Below the pieces are notes generated by a model, which worked only from the letters and a program-made list of their open reading frames with translations, was not told the DNA's origin and made no database searches. Positions 1-9,412 of a DNA stretch of 64,000 bases are shown one piece after another (position 1 is the stretch's first letter; every line of letters begins with the position of its first letter). Source of the DNA: an uncultured Gemmataceae bacterium (GTDB taxonomy: Bacteria > Planctomycetota > Planctomycetia > Gemmatales > Gemmataceae). The stretch covers positions 384,001 through 448,000 of the forward strand of contig CAVVPN010000003.1 in assembly GCA_963750165.1 (NCBI GenBank). The letters are read 5' to 3'. The position numbers and the translations under genes were made by a program.

Positions 1-52
1 GGTGATATGAGCCTTTGCCGTAGCGGTGCTTGGCGGTTTGCTTGAAGCCCAT
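1..52 (-). CDS. 5' end of a gene running off the left edge (MGFKQTAKHRYGKGSYH...)
   Basis: ATG at 52-50, GGAGAG RBS at 64-59, upstream TTGCCA-N16-TATAGT; only 17 codons visible. Confidence 0.45.
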   Translation of the reverse strand, partial: MGFKQTAKHRYGKGSYH

Positions 53-108
53 GACGCACTCTCCGCGGGGTATGCTGCTGGATGAAGTAAAGGATGGCGT
101 TGAGGCTG

Positions 109-136
109 ACTATACGGCGGCGGCGGGGGATGGCAA
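109..136 (-). promoter_or_regulatory. Predicted sigma70-type promoter TTGCCA-N16-TATAGT
   Basis: Read from the minus strand, upstream of the RBS and ATG at 52. Confidence 0.5.
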
Positions 137-227
137 GAGAATGACCCGGTGGACAGGAGTGCGTCGCCGGCCCCGGGAAGAACTCCAGGAACTCCAGCGC
201 CTCACCCAGGGCCCCAGCTGAGCGGGC

Positions 228-1650
228 TCAAAACTCGAAGTGCGCCCGAATCGCGAAGACAGCAAGCGGGCCACGGTCCTGGTTGTAGCCGGGGTTCGCG
301 ATCCCCTGTGCGTCGAACGTCACAAAGATGCCCTTTTGTACCCGCACGTTGTAGTACGCCTCCACCGTCATTTCCGGCGCATAGTTGAGCTTACCGTCGC
401 CCAGCTCGAAGCCGAGGCCGCCCGCGGCCAGATAGGCGCGGTGCTGCGGGCCAAGGCCGTTGGCCATGAACGCCAGGCCAACCTCGTCTCGCGGCCGGTC
501 CCAGCGCTTGCCCTTGAGCAACATGCCAATCGAGACAGTGCGCTCCACCTCGGTGAACGCCCACGTCTCGGCGTGGCCGTCCGCATAGCCCAGGCGGCCG
601 AAGATGCCCAGTTCGTCCTTGAGCAACTCCTGGTCCCAGCTCAGACCGAAGCCGTAGCGCGCCCGGTACTGGCGCGTCAGGGTCACGTTTGGGTCCACGG
701 GCATCTCCTGCAGGGCCTCGCGATAACTGCCCATGTGCGCGTTGTTGAGCCAGCCCAGCAGCCGAACCGTCCCGGGCAGGTCGTTCAGGATGGTGTGCCG
801 ATGCTCCAGTTCCAGGGCCTGGCCGTGGGCCGCGCAGGAGGTGCGGGTCGAAGGCGGCCCCATTGGCCTCCGCCGGCTCGGTCCAGATGCCATAGCGCAC
901 CGACCAGTCGAAGATGTTCGCCTCCACATCGCCGCCGTAGGTGTAGCCGCGAGTGTTGGCGGCGTAGTCCCAGGTGGGGTTGTACATCAGGCCCCAGTTC
1001 ATGAATTGCAGCCGCGGGTCGTGACTGTAGGTGTTGTCGTCGAAGTCGTCGATGGCCGGCATCTTGCCGATTTTGAAGGTGATGTTGTTCTTGTAGTGCG
1101 GCCCCTTGATCTGATTGGCGATGTCGGCCAGGGTCTCCCATTCGCCGCCCAACTCGATGGTCTGTTGCAGCATGAACCGGGCGAAATACGGTGTCGGCTG
1201 TGGGTTGCCGACACGCACGGCCTCACCATTGGGCGGGCCGCCCAGGCCGAACACGTTGCCGACGCCCAAGCCGCCGGCGACCTCCGGGTTGATGACCAGC
1301 AGGCCGCCTTGCCACGGCATTTTCGCCGCGAAAAACAGCGTCGAGGTGGCGGTGGTGCGCAGCTCGTGCGCCGACACGAAGCTGTGCGTTCCGGTGTACG
1401 GGGAGTTGAACGGGCCGTACCCTTGAATGACCACGGTTGCCTGGCCGTGGGCGCTGTACCACGTCTCGGGGGGGTTCTGTTCCATCTCGCCCGGCCCCGC
1501 GACCGGGATGTTGCCGCCGATCGACCTGCCGGCGCCGCCTTCTCCCGGGCCCTCCGAGCCTAACTCGACCGTCTGTGCGGACGCCGATGCCGCCGCCAGG
1601 AAGCCGAGCAGGAGCACGGACAGAGACCAGCGAACGGCGCGGCGTCTCAT
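228..1650 (-). CDS. Carbohydrate-selective porin, OprB family (high-affinity Mn2+ porin-like); frameshift near 830
   Basis: Signal peptide MRRRAVRWSLSVLLLGFL; motifs HGQAT, NPEVAGG, PNGEAVRVG, WDYAANTRGYTYG; C-terminal NPGYNQDRGP...RAHFEF ending in Phe; ORFs 391-1677 and 228-929 join with a 1-nt indel. Confidence 0.85.
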
Positions 1651-1772
1651 CGTGGCTGGGCCCCGGGCGGAGGTCACGGCGGCGACCGATGGGCAGAAAC
1701 TACGGTACGCGGCCGATACCCCTCCGGAGCATGTGCGTCAAGGGCAATCCGCCTGCTGCAGCGGAGCAGCGG

Positions 1773-1800
1773 TTGCAACCGCTGTCATTTCTGCTATGCT
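1773..1800 (+). promoter_or_regulatory. Predicted promoter TTGCAA-N16-TATGCT (with extended TG)
   Basis: 50 bp upstream of ATG 1851. Confidence 0.55.
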
Positions 1801-1850
1801 CCCCCGCGCCTTGACCCGGGTTCCATCAGCGAGCGCAGGGAGAGCAGGCC

Positions 1851-2615
1851 ATGCACGGGCGTCCGCGTTGCAACGGGCTGTGGGTTCTGTTGGCGGTCGC
1901 GGCCGGTAGCGCGGGGCCGCTGGCGCTCCTGGCGGCGCAGCCCCCGCAAGCCCCGCAGCCCGCGCCACCCCCGCCGCAGGTGGGCTTCGTGCTCAGGGAC
2001 CGGCACGGCCACGCCACGCCGATGCAAACGCCCGCCGCGCACACCGGCGGCGGAGGCATCGATGTTGTCCAGCCCCGCGACAACACGCTCCTCCTCACCC
2101 TGACCGGCGTGGCCGTCGCCGGACCGCATCCCTTCCAGGCGTCCGCGGCGGCCATGGACTTCGACCTGAACCAGGCGTTCGCGATCATCTTTGCCGACCC
2201 GAAGGTCATGAAAGCCCGGCTCACGGCCGAGGCGCACCTCGTCGGCCTGTTGCGCGGCGACCGGTACGGCGGCAGCGCCAGTGCCGGCGACGGCACGGCG
2301 GTCGTCACCTGCGACGGCTGTCCGATCCTGGGGCTGGCGATCGAGGGGCACACGGTAGACGGCGACGCTAACCTGGCGGTGAACGACCACAAGGGCCCCG
2401 TCAGCGTTCCCGTGCTGCCAGGCGAGTATCACCTGTTGCAGACCTTCCGCATCCGCGCCGCCCACGACCAGAGCATCTGCGGCAAGGCCGCCGCGGCCGA
2501 GTTCGCCCCGGACCCGGCGTTGAACCCCACCTGGATCAGCGTCACCGACCCGTTCCGCGGCGTCAGCAAGAAGGAATTCGGCTTTCGCGTCACCCTCCGC
2601 GTCGTACCGGAGTGA
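1851..2615 (+). CDS. Secreted hypothetical protein (beta-rich)
   Basis: 254-aa ORF, signal peptide, Pro linker, GGGAG RBS, typical high-GC codon usage. Confidence 0.75.
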   Translation: MHGRPRCNGLWVLLAVAAGSAGPLALLAAQPPQAPQPAPPPPQVGFVLRDRHGHATPMQTPAAHTGGGGIDVVQPRDNTLLLTLTGVAVAGPHPFQASAAAMDFDLNQAFAIIFADPKVMKARLTAEAHLVGLLRGDRYGGSASAGDGTAVVTCDGCPILGLAIEGHTVDGDANLAVNDHKGPVSVPVLPGEYHLLQTFRIRAAHDQSICGKAAAAEFAPDPALNPTWISVTDPFRGVSKKEFGFRVTLRVVPE

Positions 2616-2653
2616 AGCCCCGCGGGGGCCGCCTCTGAATAGCGGCGTGCCGG

Positions 2654-5600
2654 TCAGCCCTCCTTCTGCGGTTGCGGCTGATCACGCACCACCAGCGCGT
2701 ACAGCGCCGGCACCACCACCAGCGTCGTGACCAGGCCCGCCAGCAAACCGCCGATCACCGCCCGACCCAGGGGCGCATTTGCCTCGCTGCCGCGCTCCAG
2801 CGCCAGCGCCATCGGCACCAGCGCGAACAGCGCCGCCAGCGCCGTCATCACCACCGGCTTGGCCCGGATCGCTGCCGCCCTGCGGATCGCCTCCTCCGGC
2901 GTCAAATGCTCCCGCGCCCGCAGCCCCTGCGCGAAGTCCACCATCAGCACCGTGTTCGACACCACGATGCCCACCATGAAAATCACGCCCAGCAGCGACT
3001 GCACGTTCAGCGCCGTGCCCGTCAACAGCAGCAGCGGCAGCACCCCGACCAGGCCCACCGGCACCGCCGCCAAAATCACCAGCGGAATCAGGTACGAATC
3101 CAGCAGCACCACCATCAGGAAGTACACGAACACCACCGCCAGCGTCAGGCCGATGGCGAAGTTCTGAAACGTCTCCTGCATCCGGCCGTACTCGCCGGTC
3201 AGGTGGACCCGGGTCCCCTCCAGCGGCTTGCGCGTCGCCGGCGTCGGGGTCGTACGGCGCCCACGTCGAGTTCCCCTCCGATTCGCCGTACTCATTCAGG
3301 ATGCGCGACACGTCGTCGGCGACGTGGCCGAGGTCGCGGCCCTCCACGTTCATCGTCACGTCCACGGTCTTCTGCAAGTCGGTGTGCGTCACCTCCGCCG
3401 CCATCTCCGACGGCCGCAGCCGCACCACGTTGCTCAGCGGAATCGGCTCGTTCTGCACCGGGCTCGTGATCGAGACGTTCAGCAGCGTTTGCAGCGTCTT
3501 GATGTCCTTTTCCGGGTACTGCACGCCGACGTAATACTGGTTGTGCGTCTTCGGGTCGAACCAGAAGTTGTGCTTGTTGAACTGGATGCTCGACTTGATA
3601 GCGGCGACCACGTTCTGCATCACCTCCTTCTGCGTCAGCCCCAGCTTCCGTGCCATCGCTCGATTCACATCGATGACGTAAGAGGGATAGTTGAGCCGCT
3701 GCATGACGCGGGCGTCCACCACACCGTCCACCTTGCTGACCGCCTGCCGTAGCCGCTCCGCCACCGCGTGCGCCTTGCGTAGATCCTTACCGGTGACGCG
3801 CACGTTCACCGGCGTCACCGCGCCCTCGTTCAGGGCGCTGCGGATGGTGCCGCCAGTGTTGAACGCCACCTCCAGCCCCGTGAAGCGGGCGTCGTGCTGC
3901 ATGGCGTCGCGCAGCCGTCGGGCGTACGTCTGCGACGAGTGGCGGCGGTCCGGCTTCAACTGCACGTTGACCACCGCGTCCATCGGGCCGGCGTTCGGCG
4001 TGTACGCCGCCGACCAGTCCGCCCACACACCCATGTCGCTAATAACCAGCTCCAGGTCGTCGCCGGCCGTCTCGCGGATCAGGTCCTCGACCTGGGCGAC
4101 GCGCTGTTCCGTCGCCGTCAGGCGCGTGCCCGTGTCGGCGCGGACGTAGATGACGAAGGCGCCCGAGTCGGTCTCGGGGAAAAACTCTCGGCGGAGGATC
4201 GGGATCGTCACCACCACCACCGCGACCAGTAGCGCGGCCGCCCCGAGCACGACCGCCAGGCGGTGCCGCAGTGCCACCTCGAGCAGGCGCTGATACCCGT
4301 TCAGCCCCGCGTTGATACCGGCCTGAATCTTGCCGGCGATGCGCCCCACCAGGCCGGGTTTGGCGTGTTCGTCCTTCCTGTGCGGCTTCAGCCAGTTGGC
4401 GGCCCGGCTCGGCACGAAGGTCATCGACAGCAGGAACGCTGCGATCATCGCCAGCGCCACCGTCAGCGCCAGCGGCATGAACAGGAACTGGCCGCTGCCC
4501 GGCATCAGCGCCAGCGGCGCCAGCACCAGCAGCGTGCTGCCGGTGGCCACCAGTTCGGGCAACACCACCTCGCCGGCGCCCTGTTTCGCGGCCTCGCGCG
4601 GCTCGGCCCCCTCGCTCAGGTGGCGGTGCGTGTTCTCCAGCACGACGATGGCAGTGTCCACCAGCGGCCCGATCGCCAGGGCCAGGCCGGCCAGCGTCAT
4701 CACGTTGACCGTCTGGTTGCTCGCGTTCAGGCCGACCAGCGCCGTCAGCACCGCCAGCGGGATCAGCAGCGCGGCGATCAGCGTCATGCGCCACTCGCCC
4801 AGGAACACCAGGATCACCAGCGAACACAGCACCGCGCCCAGCACGCCCTCGGTCGCCAGACTTTTGATCGACTGCCGGACGTATACCGACTGGTCCATCA
4901 TCATCTTCAGCTTCACGTCCCCCCGCGACAGCTTCGACTGAATGCCCGGCAGCGCCTGCTTGAGGTGATCGACCACCTGCAGCGTGCTGGAGCCGTGCTG
5001 GCGGTAGACGGGAATGTAGACCGCGCGGCGGCCGTCGATGCGGACGGCGCTGGTCTGGATCAGGTGCGTGTCCTTCACCGTGCCCACGTCGCCGAGGAAG
5101 TCCACGCTGCCCGGCCGGACGCGCAGCGGGATGTCTACCATGTGCCCGGGCTTGATGTACATCGAGTTCGAGTCAATGTTGTAGTCCATGCCGCCGATGT
5201 TGGCGTCGCCGGTCGGCAGGAACAGGTGGTACTCCTCGATGGCCGTGAGCACCTCGCGCAGCGACAGCCGGCGGGACTCCATTTTGATGGGATCGATCTC
5301 GGCCAGGATCGCCCGGATTTTGCCGCCGTAGACCACCGGGGCGTTGGCGCCGGGCGAACTCATGATGTAGTTGCGGACCTCGTAGCGGCCGACGTCGTAC
5401 AGGGCGACCTCGTTGGCGGTCTGGCTGTCCACGGCCACGACGCAGACGGGCACGGTGCCGGTCGGGTCGTAGGGCAGCACCACCGGTGGCAGGGTGCCCG
5501 GCGGCAGGTTGGGAATCTCGCCCAGGGCCAGCGAGTTGATCTGCGTCAGAGCGCCGTTGGGGTCCTGGTCGGCGCGGAAGTAGTTGCGGACGATGCTGAC

Positions 5601-5864
5601 GCCGACGATCGAGCGCGACTCCTGGCGGCGCATGCCGGCGGCCTGGCCGGTCATGCGCTCCATCGGGTTGGTCACGGTGCCGGCGACATTCTCGGCGGGC
5701 ATGCCCGAGTAGAACGTCAGCACCTGTACCGCCGGGTTGTTGTACACCGGCAGGATGTCCATCGGCACGCGGGTCAGCGTCAGCACGCCCAGCACGACGA
5801 TGCTCAGCATCGCCACCGTCACCGCGCGCGAGTTGTTCAGGGCCAGTTCGATCAGGTTGCGCAT
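2654..5864 (-). CDS. RND efflux permease subunit (AcrB/CusA family); frameshift near 3220
   Basis: MRNLIELALNN start; NVMTLAGLALAIGPLVDTAIVVLEN, FFPETDSG, RAKPVVMTALA, PLGRAVIGGLL motifs; ORFs 2682-5927 and 2654-3295. Confidence 0.92.
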
Positions 5865-5892
5865 GACTCTGCCCTCACCAAAGCTGGCCGCG

Positions 5893-7233
5893 TTACCGGG
5901 CGGCGTTCGTGACCGTGACCGCGACACCGTCGATCAGGCCGGAGCCGTGGTTTTCAATCACGCGGTCGTCGGGCCGCAGGCCGGACGCGATCTCGGCATG
6001 CACGCCGTTGTCCTGGACGACCTGGACCGCAACGCGGTGGGCCTTGCCGTCCTTGACCACGTACACAAATCGATGGCCGTCCTTCTCCGCCCCCTGCAGG
6101 CAGTCCGAGGGGATGGTCAGGTGCTTCGGGTCGGCGCCGAGACGGATGGTGACGCTGCCAAACATGCCGTTTTTCAGCTCGCCCGTCGGGTTGGGCAGGT
6201 CGATCTCGGTGCGCATGGTGCGGGAGCTATAATCCTCGGACACGGCGGTGCGGGCAACTTTGCCGTGGAACGTCTCGCCTGGCAATGAGGTGATGGTGAT
6301 GTCCGCCTGCTGCCCGTCGTGGGTGAGGGGCACGTCGGGGTCGGGGACGTAGACGATGACGCGCATCGTGTCGGTGCGGGCGACGGTCAGGATGGGCTGA
6401 CCGGCGCCGCCCTCGCGGATGTAGTCGCCCTCGTGGAAGTAACGGCGCGTGACGACGCCGGTAAAGGGGGCGAGAATCCTGGTGTAGGACTCGAACACCT
6501 GGGCGCGGACCAGGGCGGCGTTGGCCACCTCAACCTGGGCTCTGGCGTCCGCGACATCGGCGGTGGCGGCAGTGACGTGGGCCTCGGCGGCGGCGACGGC
6601 GGACTTGGCGGTCTCCACCGCCTTGCGCTTGGCGCGCTCGGTAGCCTCGGCCGCCAGCTTCGCTTCCTGCCTCTCGTCAACCAACTCCTGCTCGATGGCC
6701 TGCCGCCGGGCCAGGGCGTAGTAGCGCCGGTACTGCTCACCGCGGAGCTTGGTCATGGCCACGGCGCTTTCCACGTCCGCCTGGGCCTGTTCGACCTTGA
6801 CCCTGGCCTCCTTCAAGTCCGCCTGGGAGGACTTCAGGCGCGCCTGCATCACCCCAACCTGGGCCTCGGCCTTGGCGACGTCGGCCTTGGCCTGCCGCAC
6901 GGCGGCGGCGTATTCCGGAGCGTAAACGTCCACCAGCACCTCGTCTGCCGTGATCGGTGAGCCGATGTCCACTTTCTGATGGCGCAGAAAGCCAGACACC
7001 TTGGCGTACAGGTCCGCGTACTGAAAGGCGTGGATGGCGCCGGGCCGCGTCACCGTTCGTTCCATACCGCCAGTCTGCGGGTTGATGACGCGGACGCGGA
7101 TGGACTGCTGCTTCACAGGATCGGGTGTGGAACTGTCCTGGGCGGTGGTAAATCTGTGGCCGATGAACAAGACTGCTCCGAGCAGGGGGACTGTCAGGAT
7201 ACTGATGCCGACCGCCTTGCCGCGACTCATCAT
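5893..7233 (-). CDS. RND efflux periplasmic adaptor (membrane fusion protein)
   Basis: N-terminal TM anchor, AKVSGFL lipoyl half, long coiled coil, APFTGVV, RTMRTEIDLPN, LKNGMFG; AAGGAG RBS. Confidence 0.92.
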   Translation of the reverse strand: MMSRGKAVGISILTVPLLGAVLFIGHRFTTAQDSSTPDPVKQQSIRVRVINPQTGGMERTVTRPGAIHAFQYADLYAKVSGFLRHQKVDIGSPITADEVLVDVYAPEYAAAVRQAKADVAKAEAQVGVMQARLKSSQADLKEARVKVEQAQADVESAVAMTKLRGEQYRRYYALARRQAIEQELVDERQEAKLAAEATERAKRKAVETAKSAVAAAEAHVTAATADVADARAQVEVANAALVRAQVFESYTRILAPFTGVVTRRYFHEGDYIREGGAGQPILTVARTDTMRVIVYVPDPDVPLTHDGQQADITITSLPGETFHGKVARTAVSEDYSSRTMRTEIDLPNPTGELKNGMFGSVTIRLGADPKHLTIPSDCLQGAEKDGHRFVYVVKDGKAHRVAVQVVQDNGVHAEIASGLRPDDRVIENHGSGLIDGVAVTVTNAAR

Positions 7234-7329
7234 GCGTCTCCTTTCCAAACCAGGGGGGTCCCAATGGAACACCATGCAAATGCAATACCGAGCCGGGCCG
7301 CAGCAGCACGCGGCGCCCGCGCGAGCTAC

Positions 7330-7625
7330 GCGCGGTTCGCAGTTGCGTGGACCACGAACGGTAGGCCGGCGCTGCCAGGCGCCGATTCTCGACGTGTGAA
7401 AAAGTTGGCGTTCTTGGCGTTCTTGGTGTTCTTGCTGTGGCAACCGCCGCCGATGGTTGTTGAGTCGTGCCACCTGCACGGGGCCAGGGCGCCGCATCTC
7501 GACGTATGAAAAAGCTGGCCCCCTTGGCCCCCTTGGCCTCCTTGGCCCCCTTGCTGTGGCAGAGCAGGCCGCTGGTGGTCAGCCCGTGCCCGCCCACTCG
7601 TGTGCAAACCGTGCGTGAACCGCTC
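7330..7625 (+). mobile_element. MITE-like dispersed repeat, copy A (~295 bp)
   Basis: Homologous in inverted orientation to 25307-25600; imperfect terminal inverted repeats GCGGTTCGC...GTGAACCGCTC; two internal ~110-bp units with 9-mer arrays. Confidence 0.75.
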
Positions 7626-7803
7626 TTGCATGGCCACAGATTTGGTTCGAGTGGTTAGCCCCTCCCCGGTGCGAGATGCCCTATGCCCGCAGTTGCGTCC
7701 CGCTCCCGGGTTGGCCCACTGCCTGGCCGCCCTGTGTGTCTCCAGCACTCCCGTCTGGTCGAGCAGGGCGGCCAGGCAGTGGCACACTCTTGCAGATTGC
7801 GAA

Positions 7804-7873
7804 TGGGTGTAGCGGAAGTCGCCAGACTTCCGAGCAGCACCGGACGGAAGTCTGGCGACTTCCGCTACACCCA
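7804..7873. repeat. GTAG-type REP doublet (REPIN-like), family 1: GTAGCGGAAGTCGCCAGACTTCCG
   Basis: 29-bp perfect inverted arms; same unit at 17736-17791. Confidence 0.85.
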
Positions 7874-7938
7874 ACTGCGAACCGCTCTCACTCTTCCTCT
7901 ACCCACTCCCAAAGCCACCTCCCTCGCGGCGCCGTCGC

Positions 7939-7966
7939 TTGCTGTCGCGGCGGCATTCTATACGAT
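7939..7966 (+). promoter_or_regulatory. Predicted icd promoter TTGCTG-N16-TACGAT
   Basis: 36 bp upstream of the icd ATG. Confidence 0.55.
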
Positions 7967-8002
7967 GTCTGGATAATTTCCACCCACCCAGGAGCCCGAC
8001 TC

Positions 8003-9373
8003 ATGGCGGCCGCACCGACCTATCAGAAGCTCACCCCCGCAACCCAGGGCTCCCGCGTCACCGTCGATGCCCAGGGCAAATGGCACATCCCGGACGACCC
8101 CATCGTCTGCCTGCTGCGCGGCGACGGCATCGGCCGCGACGTGGGCCAAAATCCCGGCATCACCACCTGCGCCGTCAAGGTGCTCGACGCCGCGGTCGCG
8201 AAGGCTTACGGCGGCAAGCGCAAGCTCCACTGGTTCGACGTTCACGCCGGCGACGTGGCCCGCGCGCTGTATTATCCGCAGGTCAAGGACGAGCAGGTCA
8301 ACACGCTCAGCGAGGATGAGCAGCGGCAGCTCTACCTGCCGGACGACACGCTGCGGGCGTTCGAGTATTATGGCCTCGGCCTCAAGGGGCCGCTGACGAC
8401 GCCAATCGGCGGCGGCTTCCGCAGCATCAACGTCTTTTTACGCATTCGCTTCGACCTGTACGCCTGCGTGCGGCCGGTGCGCTACTTCAAGGGCGTTGAG
8501 GCTCCGAACAAGAACGCCGACAAGGTCAACATGGTGATCTTCCGCGAGAACACCGAGGACGTGTACTGCGGTGTCGAGTTCAAGAGCGGCAGCGACCGGG
8601 CAAAAAAGATCCTGAAACTGCTCAACGAGGAGATGGGTTACAAGCTGCTGCCGTCGTCGGGCATCGGCATCAAGCCGATCAGCCCGGAGGGCAGCAAACG
8701 GCTCATCCGCATGGCCATTCGCTACGCCATCGACAAGAAACTGCCCAGCGTCACGCTGATGCACAAGGGCAACATCATGAAGTTCACCGAGGGCGCCTTC
8801 AAGGACTGGGGTTACGAGGTCGCGGTTCAGGAGTTTCGCGACCAGGTCATCACCGAGAAGGAGAAGGACGACAAGGTCCTGGACCCGAAAGGGCGGGTGC
8901 TGATTAATGACCGCATCGCCGACAGCATGTTCCAGCAGATTCAGCTGCGGCCCAACGAGTACAGCGTGATCGCGACGCCGAACCTGAACGGCGATTATCT
9001 GTCGGACGCGGCGGCAGCGTTGACGGGCGGCATTGGCCTGGCGGCGGGCGCCAACATCGGCGACCGGGCAGCGATGTTCGAGGCGACGCACGGCACCGCC
9101 CCGAAGTACACGGGCAAGAACCTGGCCAACCCCAGTGCGGTGATGCTCTCGGGCGTGCTCATGCTGGAGCACCTCGGCTGGGACGAGGCCGCCCAGCTGG
9201 TGAACGACGCCCTGGAAGCAACCCTGGTCGAGAGCGAGGAGACCGCGAAGAAGGGCCCCGGCGGCAAGCTGTATGTGACCTACGACATTGCGCGGCAGTT
9301 CGCCGGCTACGGCGCCGAGGCGGGCGCCAGCAGTTCGGCGTTTGCAGATCGGATTGTGCAGCACATGAAATAG
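8003..9373 (+). CDS. icd: Isocitrate dehydrogenase, NADP-dependent (E. coli-type dimeric)
   Basis: GDGIG, KGPLTTPIGGGFRSINV, FRENTED, HKGNIMKFTEGAF, NLNGDYLSD, ATHGTAPKY and TYDIAR (NADP-type residues); AGGAG RBS before ATG 8003. Confidence 0.97.
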   Translation: MAAAPTYQKLTPATQGSRVTVDAQGKWHIPDDPIVCLLRGDGIGRDVGQNPGITTCAVKVLDAAVAKAYGGKRKLHWFDVHAGDVARALYYPQVKDEQVNTLSEDEQRQLYLPDDTLRAFEYYGLGLKGPLTTPIGGGFRSINVFLRIRFDLYACVRPVRYFKGVEAPNKNADKVNMVIFRENTEDVYCGVEFKSGSDRAKKILKLLNEEMGYKLLPSSGIGIKPISPEGSKRLIRMAIRYAIDKKLPSVTLMHKGNIMKFTEGAFKDWGYEVAVQEFRDQVITEKEKDDKVLDPKGRVLINDRIADSMFQQIQLRPNEYSVIATPNLNGDYLSDAAAALTGGIGLAAGANIGDRAAMFEATHGTAPKYTGKNLANPSAVMLSGVLMLEHLGWDEAAQLVNDALEATLVESEETAKKGPGGKLYVTYDIARQFAGYGAEAGASSSAFADRIVQHMK

Positions 9374-9412
9374 CTGGTCAGAGTCTGCCCCGCGCTGGCG
9401 CTCTGACCGCGC

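Noticed and set aside
7234..7497. N-terminal extension of the RND adaptor (QEHQERQERQ)
   Set aside because: Translation of the dispersed repeat; the real start with RBS is at 7233/7230
7395..7565. CRISPR array interpretation of the repeated units
   Set aside because: Only two units per locus, internal 9-mer tandems rather than unique spacers, and no cas genes in the window
7676..8002. 109-aa N-terminal extension of Icd in the ORF track
   Set aside because: Runs through a REP doublet; the RBS and promoter point to ATG 8003
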